NCBI GenBank assembly: GCA_027077875.1 | Contig: JALWRB010000216.1 | Span: forward strand, 941 to 64,940 | From: Candidatus Heimdallarchaeota archaeon | GTDB lineage: Archaea; Asgardarchaeota; Heimdallarchaeia; Heimdallarchaeales; Kariarchaeaceae | DNA: 64,000 nucleotides | Direction: 5' to 3' | In this document: piece by piece, positions 30,784 through 40,297 of the stretch | How positions within the stretch are numbered: position 1 is the stretch's first letter | How the letters are laid out: every line of letters starts with the position of its first letter | Made by a program: the position numbers and the translations under genes | The notes under the pieces: model-generated | The model's database searches: none | Seen by the model: the letters and a program-made list of their open reading frames with translations, nothing else | Told to the model about the DNA's origin: nothing

Positions 30784-32654
30784 TGGCAAGACGACCGTTC
30801 ATGAGGCGGAAGTCGAACAAAAAGCGTAACAAGGAAGCAATCGATGTCTTCAACCTTCATAATACCCTCCATCCGGGGACAAGAGCCCACTACGTCAACA
30901 TCGTGAAACAGTTCGGTGATTTTCTCCTGCTGCACAAGAAGAGCCTGTGGGATGTCACTCCTATTGATGTGCAGAACTTTCTTAACCAATCAGATGGCGA
31001 TACAAACATCAAGTCGATCCTCCACACCTTCTACCGTGTGCTGATTGAGTCCGAGGAATACGAAAGGGAGAACCCAATCGTACTCTTGAGGAAGAAAGAA
31101 GCGGAGGAACGCAAGCGTAAAAAGGGCCAGGTCAAGGAGGTGTCCGAAGCAGAGAGAGTGATCGCCGGGCTCGACGAGGAAGAGACGAAGGAGATTGAAA
31201 AGAGGGACAAGGCGAAGGTCAAGAAAAGGAGAAAACTCCCCAAGCCAATCATGACAATCGCAGACCTCGAAGAACTCCTCGCAAAGACCCGCCATATTAG
31301 GGAGAGGGCCATCCTCGAACTCCTCTTTGCCACAGGAGCAAGGTTGAAAGAGCTCATTAATCTGAATGTCTCCGATATAGACCTAGAGGGGAAGAAGGTA
31401 CTGTTCTTTGAGTCAAACACACAGATATCTAGGGCGATAGCCCTTCCCAAGCGGACACTTGCTTTCCTCAAGGTTTACGAGCGGTGGAGATTCAGGCAAC
31501 TCTCTCCATCCAACGCGTATTTCATCTCCAAGAGGACCAAAGAGAGGATATCGAGCTCCACAGTCTCGACCTGGCTCTACCGTCTACAACGTGGGAAGAA
31601 CCCCGAATTGAGGTGGACTGCTAATGATTTCAGGAAGAGATCTATTCTTCATCACTACTGGCTAACCAAGGATCTGGCTGCTGTGACCCGTTTCGCTGGT
31701 TTCAAACGACCAGAGGCCACATTGAGGATTATCAATCAGGTGCTTGTGGACAGGGGGATCGAGAGCATTGAGGAGCTCGGGAAATTGCCAGAGTTCGAGG
31801 AGCTCGAGAAGGACCGCAGAAAGGTCTCCCCGACTATCGAGAGCTCGACAAGCATTACCATTAACCTTGATCCGGACGAACTTGAGATGCTCAGGAGATC
31901 GGGGCTCACACCAACTCAGGCGGTTCGAACGATCTTCAGTCTCAAGGACCTCTACGGTGCTGTAGCTCCTGGTGCAGTGGCCGCGCCTGGTGCTGTTGCC
32001 TCCCCCGCTGCGAGACCGGTTGGGAAGTCAAGTGGTGGACCTGGTGGAGGTCCTATGGGCGGACCAGGTGGGGGTCCGGGTGCGATCAAGCCGTTTACTC
32101 CCTCTGCAGGTGGACCCAACCTCGCAGGAGGAGGTGCTCCTAAGCTATCGGGAGGTGGGAGCACACCCAATCTAGCAGGAGGTGGATCCAAACCAGCGTC
32201 CACTCCCAAACCGGTTGCCAAACCGCCACCTATGCGACCGCCTCCACAGAGACCCAGTAGCCCAGGGGGTGGAGGGCAGGCGAACTTCCTCGGTGAACTC
32301 AAGAAGAAACTGGCAGCGAGAAGAGCAGCAGCCGCGGAGGGAGGTGGTGATACCGTCGGACCGAAGGATCACTTTAGCAATGTCAAGATCCTTGACAATG
32401 ACTCGGGTGGTGGAGAGACGGGTGAAAGCGGTCCAAACCTTGGAGGATCTGGTAGTCCAAGTCTCGGAGGTAGCCCAAGTTTGGGTAATAGTCCAAGTCT
32501 TGGTGGTAGTTCTAGCACGTCGAGTGGACCAAGTCTTGGTGGTGGTCCTGGTGGTTCCCCCAGCCTTGGAGCGAAGAAAGAGGGTGGTGGGCCTAGCCTT
32601 GGATCCAAGAAGTCTGGAGGGCCCAGTTTAGGAGCTAAAAAAGAGGACGACTAG
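30783..32654 (+). CDS. Tyrosine-recombinase (XerD/phage integrase)-like protein. Active-site residues appear degenerate. Fused to a roughly 230-aa Gly/Pro/Ser-rich low-complexity tail.
   Basis: N-terminal SAM-like core-binding pattern (AHYVNIVKQFGDFLL, DVTPIDVQNFL). Catalytic-domain box I LFATGARLKELINLNVSDIDL. Box II reads NDFRKRSIL instead of HxLRH, and no Tyr occupies the nucleophile position. The tail carries PPPMRPPPQRP, GGPSLG(A/S)KK repeats and an LGELKKKL motif. Confidence 0.6.
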   Translation: MARRPFMRRKSNKKRNKEAIDVFNLHNTLHPGTRAHYVNIVKQFGDFLLLHKKSLWDVTPIDVQNFLNQSDGDTNIKSILHTFYRVLIESEEYERENPIVLLRKKEAEERKRKKGQVKEVSEAERVIAGLDEEETKEIEKRDKAKVKKRRKLPKPIMTIADLEELLAKTRHIRERAILELLFATGARLKELINLNVSDIDLEGKKVLFFESNTQISRAIALPKRTLAFLKVYERWRFRQLSPSNAYFISKRTKERISSSTVSTWLYRLQRGKNPELRWTANDFRKRSILHHYWLTKDLAAVTRFAGFKRPEATLRIINQVLVDRGIESIEELGKLPEFEELEKDRRKVSPTIESSTSITINLDPDELEMLRRSGLTPTQAVRTIFSLKDLYGAVAPGAVAAPGAVASPAARPVGKSSGGPGGGPMGGPGGGPGAIKPFTPSAGGPNLAGGGAPKLSGGGSTPNLAGGGSKPASTPKPVAKPPPMRPPPQRPSSPGGGGQANFLGELKKKLAARRAAAAEGGGDTVGPKDHFSNVKILDNDSGGGETGESGPNLGGSGSPSLGGSPSLGNSPSLGGSSSTSSGPSLGGGPGGSPSLGAKKEGGGPSLGSKKSGGPSLGAKKEDD

Positions 32655-33101
32655 TTCAACGAATCAATCATGTTTGAAATTTTCTAAAATAAATTGAAAT
32701 TTCAATTGTAAACGTAGCATACAAACTCTACAGACACGCGTATTCTATCTGGGTGATATGAAGTAATAGGAGATCCAAACTTATTTGTTGACCTCTACCG
32801 ATTCGTTCCTTCGTCAAACCCAGCTATGTTCAAATTATTTTGTTTCCGAACACTCGCTTCTAGTCATGTTATGAGTCATGTTTTAAATTTATAAGCAATC
32901 ATGGGTATAATTTTTAATTCGATATTGATCGTTAGTTCGTATGTCATTGAGTTTGATAATCGAAATCACGAATTTAATTAATTTTAATATAATTTCCAAT
33001 CTAAGACCTATATTCTCTGCGAATTTAGAAAAAATTCCAAATTTGATCAAATGCGCATATTTTGAAAACCCTTTTCAATGAGTTCGTCATAAGGGAAATT
33101 A
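32655..33101. other. Unusually long (about 450 bp) AT-rich intergenic region with short palindromes.
   Basis: No ORF. Much more AT-rich than the flanks. A 12-bp perfect palindrome, ttgaaatttcaa, lies near 32689-32700. Confidence 0.5.
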
Positions 33102-34220
33102 GTGTCGTCATTATACGAAGAATGGCAGAAAAATGATCCTTCAAATTCATTGAGCCAGAACGAAGCGCGAGTTTTACACAGTTTAATCAAATGGCCTGAC
33201 CTTACAGATCAGGCGGTCCATTCCCAGATTGGAATGAAGAAATCAACCTTTAGTAGCATAAAGACTAGGCTTAAGGAGAATGGGTACTATACCAGATACT
33301 ACGTACCGAATTTCCCCAAGATTGGACTGGAACTCCTCGTTGCAATGCACGGTCACCTCAATAGGTTCACCACTCTGGAGGAGAGAATGAGGGTGGCAAA
33401 GGATCTTCTCGAAAGCTTTGTCGAGGATTTCCACATAGCCTCAGAGTCCAACAAGGCTTTCAATCTCTCTGCATCAGCTAATCTTACGGAGTACTCTAAG
33501 AACCAAGAAAAATTCGTCCAATTATATAGCGAGAATAAATTCCTCGACAAGAACGGAATGTCCGTGGTCTACTTCCCGTTCGAGATCAGTAGAGTACGAG
33601 CATTCATGGACTATGAGTCCTTAGTTGCAAAAATATTTGGATTCGCCTCAGACCCCTACGAGAAGAGGCAGACAATACCCTCTGGAAAGGTCACAAAGGC
33701 CAAACTGACCAAGGCAGAGAAGAAAGTACTAGCAGGTCTTGTTCAGTTCCCCGAGGAATCAGACACCTTGATTGCTGATAAGGTGGGTGTGTCTAGGAAC
33801 ACGGTTGCCAACGCCAAGAAGAAGTTCCTTGAGCAGAACATCTGCTTCCCGAGGGCGGTTCCTGATCTGCAGAAGCTTGGTTTAAAGATCCTCGTCTTCT
33901 CCTATCGGAAGTTCAATCCTATGACGACCATGGCTCAGAGAGTGGAAGCATCAGAGATGGTACGGCAACTTCTGGCGCCCTTCATGTACATATCCAAGAA
34001 CCTCGATGGAATAGTGATCTCTGCTCATAGGTCATTTGAGGAGTACAATGCAGCACACGACGAAATTATGAGGTTCTACCTCAAGCACGACTACATCATT
34101 GACGAGCCAATCAGTTACCAGATGAGCATGTCAAACATTAATTATATCAAGGAATTTGATTTCCTCCCATTGACGCTCAAGACCCTCGGTTTTGACATGA
34201 TGAAGGATGGTCGTGAGTAA
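33102..34220 (+). CDS. Putative transcription regulator with two tandem winged-HTH (Lrp/AsnC-like) modules.
   Basis: EARVLHSLIKWPDLTDQAVHSQIGMKKSTFSSIKTRLKENGY and KAEKKVLAGLVQFPEESDTLIADKVGVSRNTVANAKKKFLEQNI. Same architecture as ORF 5154..6422. Confidence 0.45.
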   Translation: MSSLYEEWQKNDPSNSLSQNEARVLHSLIKWPDLTDQAVHSQIGMKKSTFSSIKTRLKENGYYTRYYVPNFPKIGLELLVAMHGHLNRFTTLEERMRVAKDLLESFVEDFHIASESNKAFNLSASANLTEYSKNQEKFVQLYSENKFLDKNGMSVVYFPFEISRVRAFMDYESLVAKIFGFASDPYEKRQTIPSGKVTKAKLTKAEKKVLAGLVQFPEESDTLIADKVGVSRNTVANAKKKFLEQNICFPRAVPDLQKLGLKILVFSYRKFNPMTTMAQRVEASEMVRQLLAPFMYISKNLDGIVISAHRSFEEYNAAHDEIMRFYLKHDYIIDEPISYQMSMSNINYIKEFDFLPLTLKTLGFDMMKDGRE

Positions 34221-34221
34221 T

Positions 34222-36003
34222 CTACCCCGAACGCCTGAACCATCCTTCAAGTGTACCATGGGAGAATCGTAGTATCGTAGGTCTCCCGTGAGCACAGGTC
34301 CAAGGATTGCTGCACTTCAAGAGATCGTCAAGGACTTTGGAGATTGTGTCATTGTCTACGAAGTACCCTGATCGTATAGAACCATGGCAAGCTAACCTGC
34401 TCACAATATAGTACTGCAACTCGGAGAGAGGAGTGCTCACCACCTTTGCTTCCTCAGAGTCCTTCACGGAAAGCAATATATCTTCGAAGAAGGAGGTGAT
34501 TGACTCAGATGATAACTTCTGATCGAAATAAGTTGGAATTGAGTGGATTAGGACACGGTTATTCACTGTACTCACGTCCATTCCGAACTTGGAGAATTCT
34601 TCCCGATTATTCCTAACTAAGTCGATGATATCAGACCCCATTTCAATCGGTAAGGGATTGAGGAGTTGTTGAGACATTATCATAGAGTCTGCATGTGACT
34701 CGTACTTCTCAAACTTGACCCGCTCGTCACTGGCATGGATATCCATGAGCCAGAGTTCATCTCCAGCATCTATTAGAGCGAATTTTTTCATGATTTGCCC
34801 TAGTACCTTATGTCCATGTGTAGTTCTGCTCTGCCTGCTACCGTGAAACTCTTCGAGGGACATCTGTCTACTGTCAAACTTGGCGCTCTGCTTTTCGCCT
34901 TCATCCTCTACAGATGAGGTTGTGGTTGCTGTGGAAGAGGGCTTAGTTGTGTTGTGGTCGAACTTCGCCTCGAAGCTTCTAGTCCCTTGGAACGTTGGGA
35001 CCTCGGCACCTTCAGACAGGGCTTTCTTGACCAGAATGGAGAGCTCTTCGAGGACAGGGTCATCAGATGCGAACCTGATCTCTGTCTTCTGTGGATGGAC
35101 GTTGTAGTCTACCCAGTGATTCTCACCGCTGATGTCAAGGATAATGACCGGATATGTTCGCTTCAGAAGTTGAGCGCCATAGGACTCCTCAACTGCCTTC
35201 TGGATGTCATTCTGCTTAACTGCTCTGCCATTGACCCTAATGAATTGCATTGACCTATCTTTCTTCGTTAAGATTGGAGCGGAGACATAACCTGATACTT
35301 TCCATCTTCCTGCATCTCCCTCAACTTTTACCAGATTCTTTGCCACCTTCTCTCCAAGGATGTCATACACTGCAGACAGCTGTTCTTCCCTTGCAGGTGA
35401 CTGCACGAGGGTGACCATCTTTCCACCCTTGGTCTCGGTCAGCTCGATGTGTAGATTGTAGTAGGTTAGGGCAATGTGGTGGATCAGATCCACAATCGCC
35501 TTCTTCTCCACACTTGTGGACTTAAGGAATTTACGCCTTGCTGGAATGTTATAGAACAGTCCTACCACCTCAATCTCAGTCCCCGGATTCCTCATTGTGA
35601 CATCCGTCTCCTTCTTCACCTCAGAGCCCTCGATTATTATCTGTCTCCCCTTCTCCTGCTTTCTTGGTCTGCTCTTGCACTTGACCCTGGTTACCGCTGT
35701 AATCGAGGCTAAGGCCTCACCCCTAAATCCCAGTGTACTCACATTGTAGATATTGTCGTCATCAATTTTACTAGAGGAATGAAGTTCGAAAGCGAGAGCA
35801 AGTTGATCTGCTGGAATACCCGCTCCGTTGTCCTTGACCACAATGCGTCCTATGCCACCGTCTTGAATGTTGATAGTCACTCTTGTAGCTCCTGCATCTA
35901 TGGCATTTTCTACAAGCTCTTTGACTATGTTGACGGGCCGTGTAATCACTTCTCCCGCTGCTATCTGGTCAATGACCCTCTGCGGTAACTTTCTAATCTG
36001 CAA
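34222..36003 (-). CDS. mutL: DNA mismatch repair protein MutL, with the endonuclease motif.
   Basis: GHKL ATPase N-terminus IDQIAAGEVITRPVNIVKELVENAIDAGAT. C-terminal DIHASDERVKFE (the DQHAxxExxxxE variant) and CAHGRPT. Confidence 0.9.
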   Translation of the reverse strand: MQIRKLPQRVIDQIAAGEVITRPVNIVKELVENAIDAGATRVTINIQDGGIGRIVVKDNGAGIPADQLALAFELHSSSKIDDDNIYNVSTLGFRGEALASITAVTRVKCKSRPRKQEKGRQIIIEGSEVKKETDVTMRNPGTEIEVVGLFYNIPARRKFLKSTSVEKKAIVDLIHHIALTYYNLHIELTETKGGKMVTLVQSPAREEQLSAVYDILGEKVAKNLVKVEGDAGRWKVSGYVSAPILTKKDRSMQFIRVNGRAVKQNDIQKAVEESYGAQLLKRTYPVIILDISGENHWVDYNVHPQKTEIRFASDDPVLEELSILVKKALSEGAEVPTFQGTRSFEAKFDHNTTKPSSTATTTSSVEDEGEKQSAKFDSRQMSLEEFHGSRQSRTTHGHKVLGQIMKKFALIDAGDELWLMDIHASDERVKFEKYESHADSMIMSQQLLNPLPIEMGSDIIDLVRNNREEFSKFGMDVSTVNNRVLIHSIPTYFDQKLSSESITSFFEDILLSVKDSEEAKVVSTPLSELQYYIVSRLACHGSIRSGYFVDNDTISKVLDDLLKCSNPWTCAHGRPTILRFSHGTLEGWFRRSG

Positions 36004-36037
36004 GACAATGAGAGAATTGACCCGTTCGATATATAGT

Positions 36038-38767
36038 TTAGGATTCGGAGTTCAGGAGGGAGGTGAGGTACTCGAGGATCTCAATTGCCTTTATGGGCGT
36101 GATGGCATTCACGGTCAGATTCCGTAGGGTAGAGAGTACTTCAGTTTCCTCTGGGGTAAAGACGGGTTTAGGGTCAACCATCTTCTTCATTGGCTTCATC
36201 TGGGACAGCTTGTTCTTGGTCTCCTCTGGATCGAAGTCATCACTAAACCAATCGTCGATAGTCCCAAATACACGCTCGACCTCATCGGACCCCGAGACCT
36301 TTTTAGAAATCTTCTCCTCCTCGTTGATGGAGCTCGACTTGCTCTCGAGAAGCGATAGAATAAACCTAGCTCTGAGAATGATCTCAGTAGGAAGACCGGC
36401 TAGTTTTGCGACCTCCACTCCGAAGCTCTTATCTGATGATCCCGGGAAAATTCGATGATCGAATAGCGGTTTCTCCCCGTCAAATCCTATCTTGAAATGG
36501 AAATTCTTGGCGCTCTCAAGAAAACCTTCGAGCTCGGCCAGTTGGTGGAAATGTGTAGCGATCATGGTCAGTGGCTTCGCCTCACTGTTGTGTAGATGCT
36601 CTGCAATTGCCCAAGCAATGGCTAGACCGTCATAGGTGGAGGTTCCCCTACCCAGCTCATCTGCTATGATCAGGGATCTTGTGGTAGAGTTGTTCACCAA
36701 GTTAGCTGCGTCCAGCATCTCGACCATAAATGTTGACTGACCCGCGATAAGGTTGTCGGATGCACCGATTCTGGTGAAGATCCTGTCTACTATTCCGATG
36801 GTGGCTGCAGAACAGGGAATGAAACACCCGATCTGTGCCATTATAACGTTGAGCGCAACTGACCTGAGCAGCGAGCTTTTCCCACTGAAGTTGGGCCCAG
36901 TGATGATGAGTAACCGCTGTTCTTCCTTATCCAAGAGAACATCATTTGGAACATATTCGCCTAGGAAACTTTCAATCACCGGGTGTCTTATCCCGCTGAA
37001 TTCCAGTCTGAACCCGTCATTTATTGTCGGTCTGGTGTACTCATTTGATATAGAGATGAAGGTAAATGCGAGGAGAACATCCAGCTCAGCTATTCCTTTG
37101 GACACATCCTGTAGTCTGTCTACATGCTTTGACAGATCCTTCAAGAAATTCTCATAGAGCGACTGCTCAATCTGTTTGATCTCTATTTCTGCATTCAGGA
37201 TGTTGTACTCCCAGTCTTTGAGTTCATCGGAGATGTATCTCACGACGTTCACCATCGACTGCTTGGTGATGTATGTATCAGGAACCTTTGAGGTGTTGCT
37301 TTTGGTGACCTCTATGAAGTATCCCAGATGGCGGTTCTGTTTGACCTTGAGCGAGGTGATTCCCGTTCTCTGCTTCTCCCTCTCAATGAACCTCTCGATC
37401 CACCGTTCTCCCTCCTTCAGGAGTTCGCGCAGTTCGTCAAGCCTCTCATTGACTCCGGGGGCTATGACGTCCCCATCCGCAACACTCACAGCTGGTTCCG
37501 ATAGGATCATCTTCTGGATGAAGTCTACGATATCTTGGCAGTCTTTGATCTTCTCGAGGAAGGGGATGGGTATTGTGGCTTCGTTCTGTATCTGTTCAAG
37601 CGATGCCCTGATACTAGGGATGACCATGAGGGAGTTTAGTAACCGGATGATCTCACTTGGTTTCGAGACTCCCAATGAAATTCGAGTCCCGAGCCTCTCA
37701 ATGTCAGATATGTGCTCCATCTCACCCCTGATGTGATTTGCAGCAAGCTCGGAACTGATAAACCGATCGACCGTATCGAGCCTTCGATTAATTGTATCAA
37801 CTGATGTCAACGGAGTTCCGATCCACTTCTTAAGTTCCCTGGTACCCATCGGTGTAACCGTCTGATTCAGGAGTTTGAATAGACTGCCCTCCTCGGAGTT
37901 ATCGACCGTGTTATTGAACAGTTCCAGTGACCTGATCACTCCTCGGTCAAGAAGCATTGAGTTCTTCGATTCAAGGATTTGAATCTTGGTGATGTTCGAC
38001 ACCTTCCGTTTCTGTGTATCTTGGAGGTATCTCAGGAGAGCCCCTGCTGCACAAACTCCCAGACTTTGGTCACTCAGACCGAATCCCTTCATGCTCTTCA
38101 CTCCAAAGTGCTCCTCAAGAACCTCCTCGGCCTCTTGAGGATCGAACCAGAACTCTGGAAGAGGGGAAACCGTCTCATGCTCTATTTCTTTACCCCAGAG
38201 TTCAATGAGTGAGTTTCTTTCGCTTTCAGGGAATATCACCTCTACTGGTTGCATCGTGTCCAGAATGAACCTCATCTCTTTGATCTCTTCGGTGGTAGTG
38301 AAATTCCTTGCATAGAATTCCCCGCATGACAAATCAGCAAGGGCCAACCCGTAGGTTTTCCTATCTCTCAAGATCGATGCAATGTAGTTATTATTCTCCG
38401 TGAGAAGCGAGTCCTCGGTCAGGGTTCCCTTGGTGACAATACGTGTGATCCCCCTCTCAACTACTCCCTTTACAGCTTTTGGATCCTCCAATTGGTCAGC
38501 AATTGCTACCTTGTATCCCTTATTCACCAGCTTTCCGACATAGAGATCCACGGACCTAACGGGTACTCCAGCGAGGGGGTGAGCCGTGTCTCTAATCTTA
38601 CGGGAGGTCAAGGTGATGTCGAGCTCTCTGGCTCCAACTTCTGCATCCTCGAAGAAGAGCTCATAAAAATCACCCACCCTGCAGAACAAGATGACATCAT
38701 TGCCGATTTCTTCTTTCATTCTCACCCACTGCCTCATCATGGGGCTCGTGAGATTCTTCCGATCCAT
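36038..38767 (-). CDS. mutS: DNA mismatch repair protein MutS, bacterial MutS1-type.
   Basis: Mismatch-binding domain with GDFYELF. Walker A GPNFSGKSS. DELGRGTSTYDG. Confidence 0.9.
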   Translation of the reverse strand: MDRKNLTSPMMRQWVRMKEEIGNDVILFCRVGDFYELFFEDAEVGARELDITLTSRKIRDTAHPLAGVPVRSVDLYVGKLVNKGYKVAIADQLEDPKAVKGVVERGITRIVTKGTLTEDSLLTENNNYIASILRDRKTYGLALADLSCGEFYARNFTTTEEIKEMRFILDTMQPVEVIFPESERNSLIELWGKEIEHETVSPLPEFWFDPQEAEEVLEEHFGVKSMKGFGLSDQSLGVCAAGALLRYLQDTQKRKVSNITKIQILESKNSMLLDRGVIRSLELFNNTVDNSEEGSLFKLLNQTVTPMGTRELKKWIGTPLTSVDTINRRLDTVDRFISSELAANHIRGEMEHISDIERLGTRISLGVSKPSEIIRLLNSLMVIPSIRASLEQIQNEATIPIPFLEKIKDCQDIVDFIQKMILSEPAVSVADGDVIAPGVNERLDELRELLKEGERWIERFIEREKQRTGITSLKVKQNRHLGYFIEVTKSNTSKVPDTYITKQSMVNVVRYISDELKDWEYNILNAEIEIKQIEQSLYENFLKDLSKHVDRLQDVSKGIAELDVLLAFTFISISNEYTRPTINDGFRLEFSGIRHPVIESFLGEYVPNDVLLDKEEQRLLIITGPNFSGKSSLLRSVALNVIMAQIGCFIPCSAATIGIVDRIFTRIGASDNLIAGQSTFMVEMLDAANLVNNSTTRSLIIADELGRGTSTYDGLAIAWAIAEHLHNSEAKPLTMIATHFHQLAELEGFLESAKNFHFKIGFDGEKPLFDHRIFPGSSDKSFGVEVAKLAGLPTEIILRARFILSLLESKSSSINEEEKISKKVSGSDEVERVFGTIDDWFSDDFDPEETKNKLSQMKPMKKMVDPKPVFTPEETEVLSTLRNLTVNAITPIKAIEILEYLTSLLNSES

Positions 38768-38809
38768 CGCAATATTTTCTCGATCTTCCGTGCTTAAAAG
38801 TTTAGATAC

Positions 38810-39724
38810 TCAGAACCACTCGTCGAGGCTGGCTTGCCCCTTGTTCTTTGCGTTCTCCACGAATTCAACTTCCCACCCTGCGATTTTCTTCATTGACACT
38901 GCAAAATAGTACATCCCCGATTTTACCACGAGGTAAGCTCCTTTTACCCCGACGATCTCTCCACCGAACTCCGCCCCCTCCTTTACCTCAAATTCCTGCA
39001 GACGATCAACCATGTCTATTTTTCCGTAGTACTGTCCAAGATCAACAAGAGGACCATCCCCAAAAAACTCTCCGTCCACCCCAGATCTTGCCACTACTTC
39101 CTCAAATATGGACTTGACAGATGGCAGGTTCTCCTCCAGCATCATCTTGAACTCTTCTGGGGACCTCTGCTTAAATGACTCAAACTTCCTCTTACTTCCC
39201 ACCTGCTGTTTAATTCCTAGTTCCTTGGAGACCATCTGCTCTACTGCTCTCGCTTCTAGTCCTGGAAGCATGGCTACAAGGTATCCGTAGTCGCTCCCCT
39301 GCTCGATCCATCTCCTGAGGTAGCTCATGGAGACTCCCACCTTGAAGACTCTACCAACCTCTGTCAGGTAGACTGCCGTCCTTGGTGGCTGACAATAGTC
39401 CTTCACCACTGGTGAGGAAGGGAAGCAAACATTCCCTATACAGGTCCTTCGGCATGCGAACATGTCAGCTCCACTGCATGTGTTGCACTGGACTCCTTTG
39501 AACACTACCCTTGGTCTCTCATCACCAGTGGTTTGCATGCAGGACACCCAACCCTTGTCTGTTTCACTTCCAACACAGAACCTGCCTTTACCTACTCGTA
39601 TTCCGAATGTCTCTCCAACCTTGAGTTCCTTTCTAATCACTTCCCCAGACTGCAAGTCGGTGTAATAGACTAAGGGCTTGACTGGATTCAAGGTCCATTG
39701 TAGCTTAGAGACCAGATATTTCAC
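38810..39724 (-). CDS. Cys-rich hypothetical protein adjacent to mutS.
   Basis: 304 aa with a CNTCSGADMFACRRTCIGNVC cluster. No recognisable family. Confidence 0.4.
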   Translation of the reverse strand: MKYLVSKLQWTLNPVKPLVYYTDLQSGEVIRKELKVGETFGIRVGKGRFCVGSETDKGWVSCMQTTGDERPRVVFKGVQCNTCSGADMFACRRTCIGNVCFPSSPVVKDYCQPPRTAVYLTEVGRVFKVGVSMSYLRRWIEQGSDYGYLVAMLPGLEARAVEQMVSKELGIKQQVGSKRKFESFKQRSPEEFKMMLEENLPSVKSIFEEVVARSGVDGEFFGDGPLVDLGQYYGKIDMVDRLQEFEVKEGAEFGGEIVGVKGAYLVVKSGMYYFAVSMKKIAGWEVEFVENAKNKGQASLDEWF

Positions 39725-39732
39725 TCATGAAC

Positions 39733-40122
39733 CTAGCTGTATTTCTTTAAAGTGCTTTCTATAATCTCTCTAATTTCTCCGTTGTAGTGTGAGTGTACCA
39801 GCTCCTCGAAGAGTTGCCTGATCTCTGGATGGGATTGGAAATCTCTCCTCGCCAGCACTTCAAGAGCGTTCTTCCTTACGAGATCACTGGTATCATGCTT
39901 CACAACATCTATCAATGGTAGGATCATCTGGTCGTCTTGAATCCATGAGAGTGACTGTATCGCGGCTACCCTGACCAGCCTACTGGGATCCTTGAGGGTT
40001 CGTATCAATGGAGGTACACACTTTGGGGTTCTAATCCTCCCCATTCTCATCGCTGCATTTCGACGCTGGTTCTCAGTACCCTCGTCAATTTGCCTGATTA
40101 ATGTGTCAATCTCACTACTCAC
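39733..40122 (-). CDS. HEAT-repeat (PBS lyase HEAT-like) protein.
   Basis: Repeated units of the form V..LI..L.D....VR..A...L. Confidence 0.6.
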   Translation of the reverse strand: MSSEIDTLIRQIDEGTENQRRNAAMRMGRIRTPKCVPPLIRTLKDPSRLVRVAAIQSLSWIQDDQMILPLIDVVKHDTSDLVRKNALEVLARRDFQSHPEIRQLFEELVHSHYNGEIREIIESTLKKYS

Positions 40123-40297
40123 AGACTTACCTTTAGCTTTGTTATTATAAAGTATTTTTCGTGGAAATGGAGAAGGATGGAACTTAACTGATGGTTTTCA
40201 CCATTTTTTCTTCCGGCTTTCAGAGGTTCAAATATATCGTAGCAGTTAAATTCGATCAGTTCTCAAACGGAATAGGTACTTCAAGTACCGAGGTTGA

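Noticed and set aside
31952-32631. Several ORFs on both strands (31952..32302-, 32172..32372-, 32182..32631+, 32369..32608-) with Pro/Gly/Arg-rich translations.
   Set aside because: They overlap the GC-rich, repetitive Gly/Pro-rich tail of the integrase-like gene. Low-complexity GC-rich DNA yields open frames in all phases, and the sense frame continues uninterrupted from the integrase domain.
36063-37736. Plus-strand ORFs inside mutS (131, 134 and 186 aa).
   Set aside because: They lie antisense to a well-supported MutS CDS, have Ser-rich low-complexity translations and carry no motifs.
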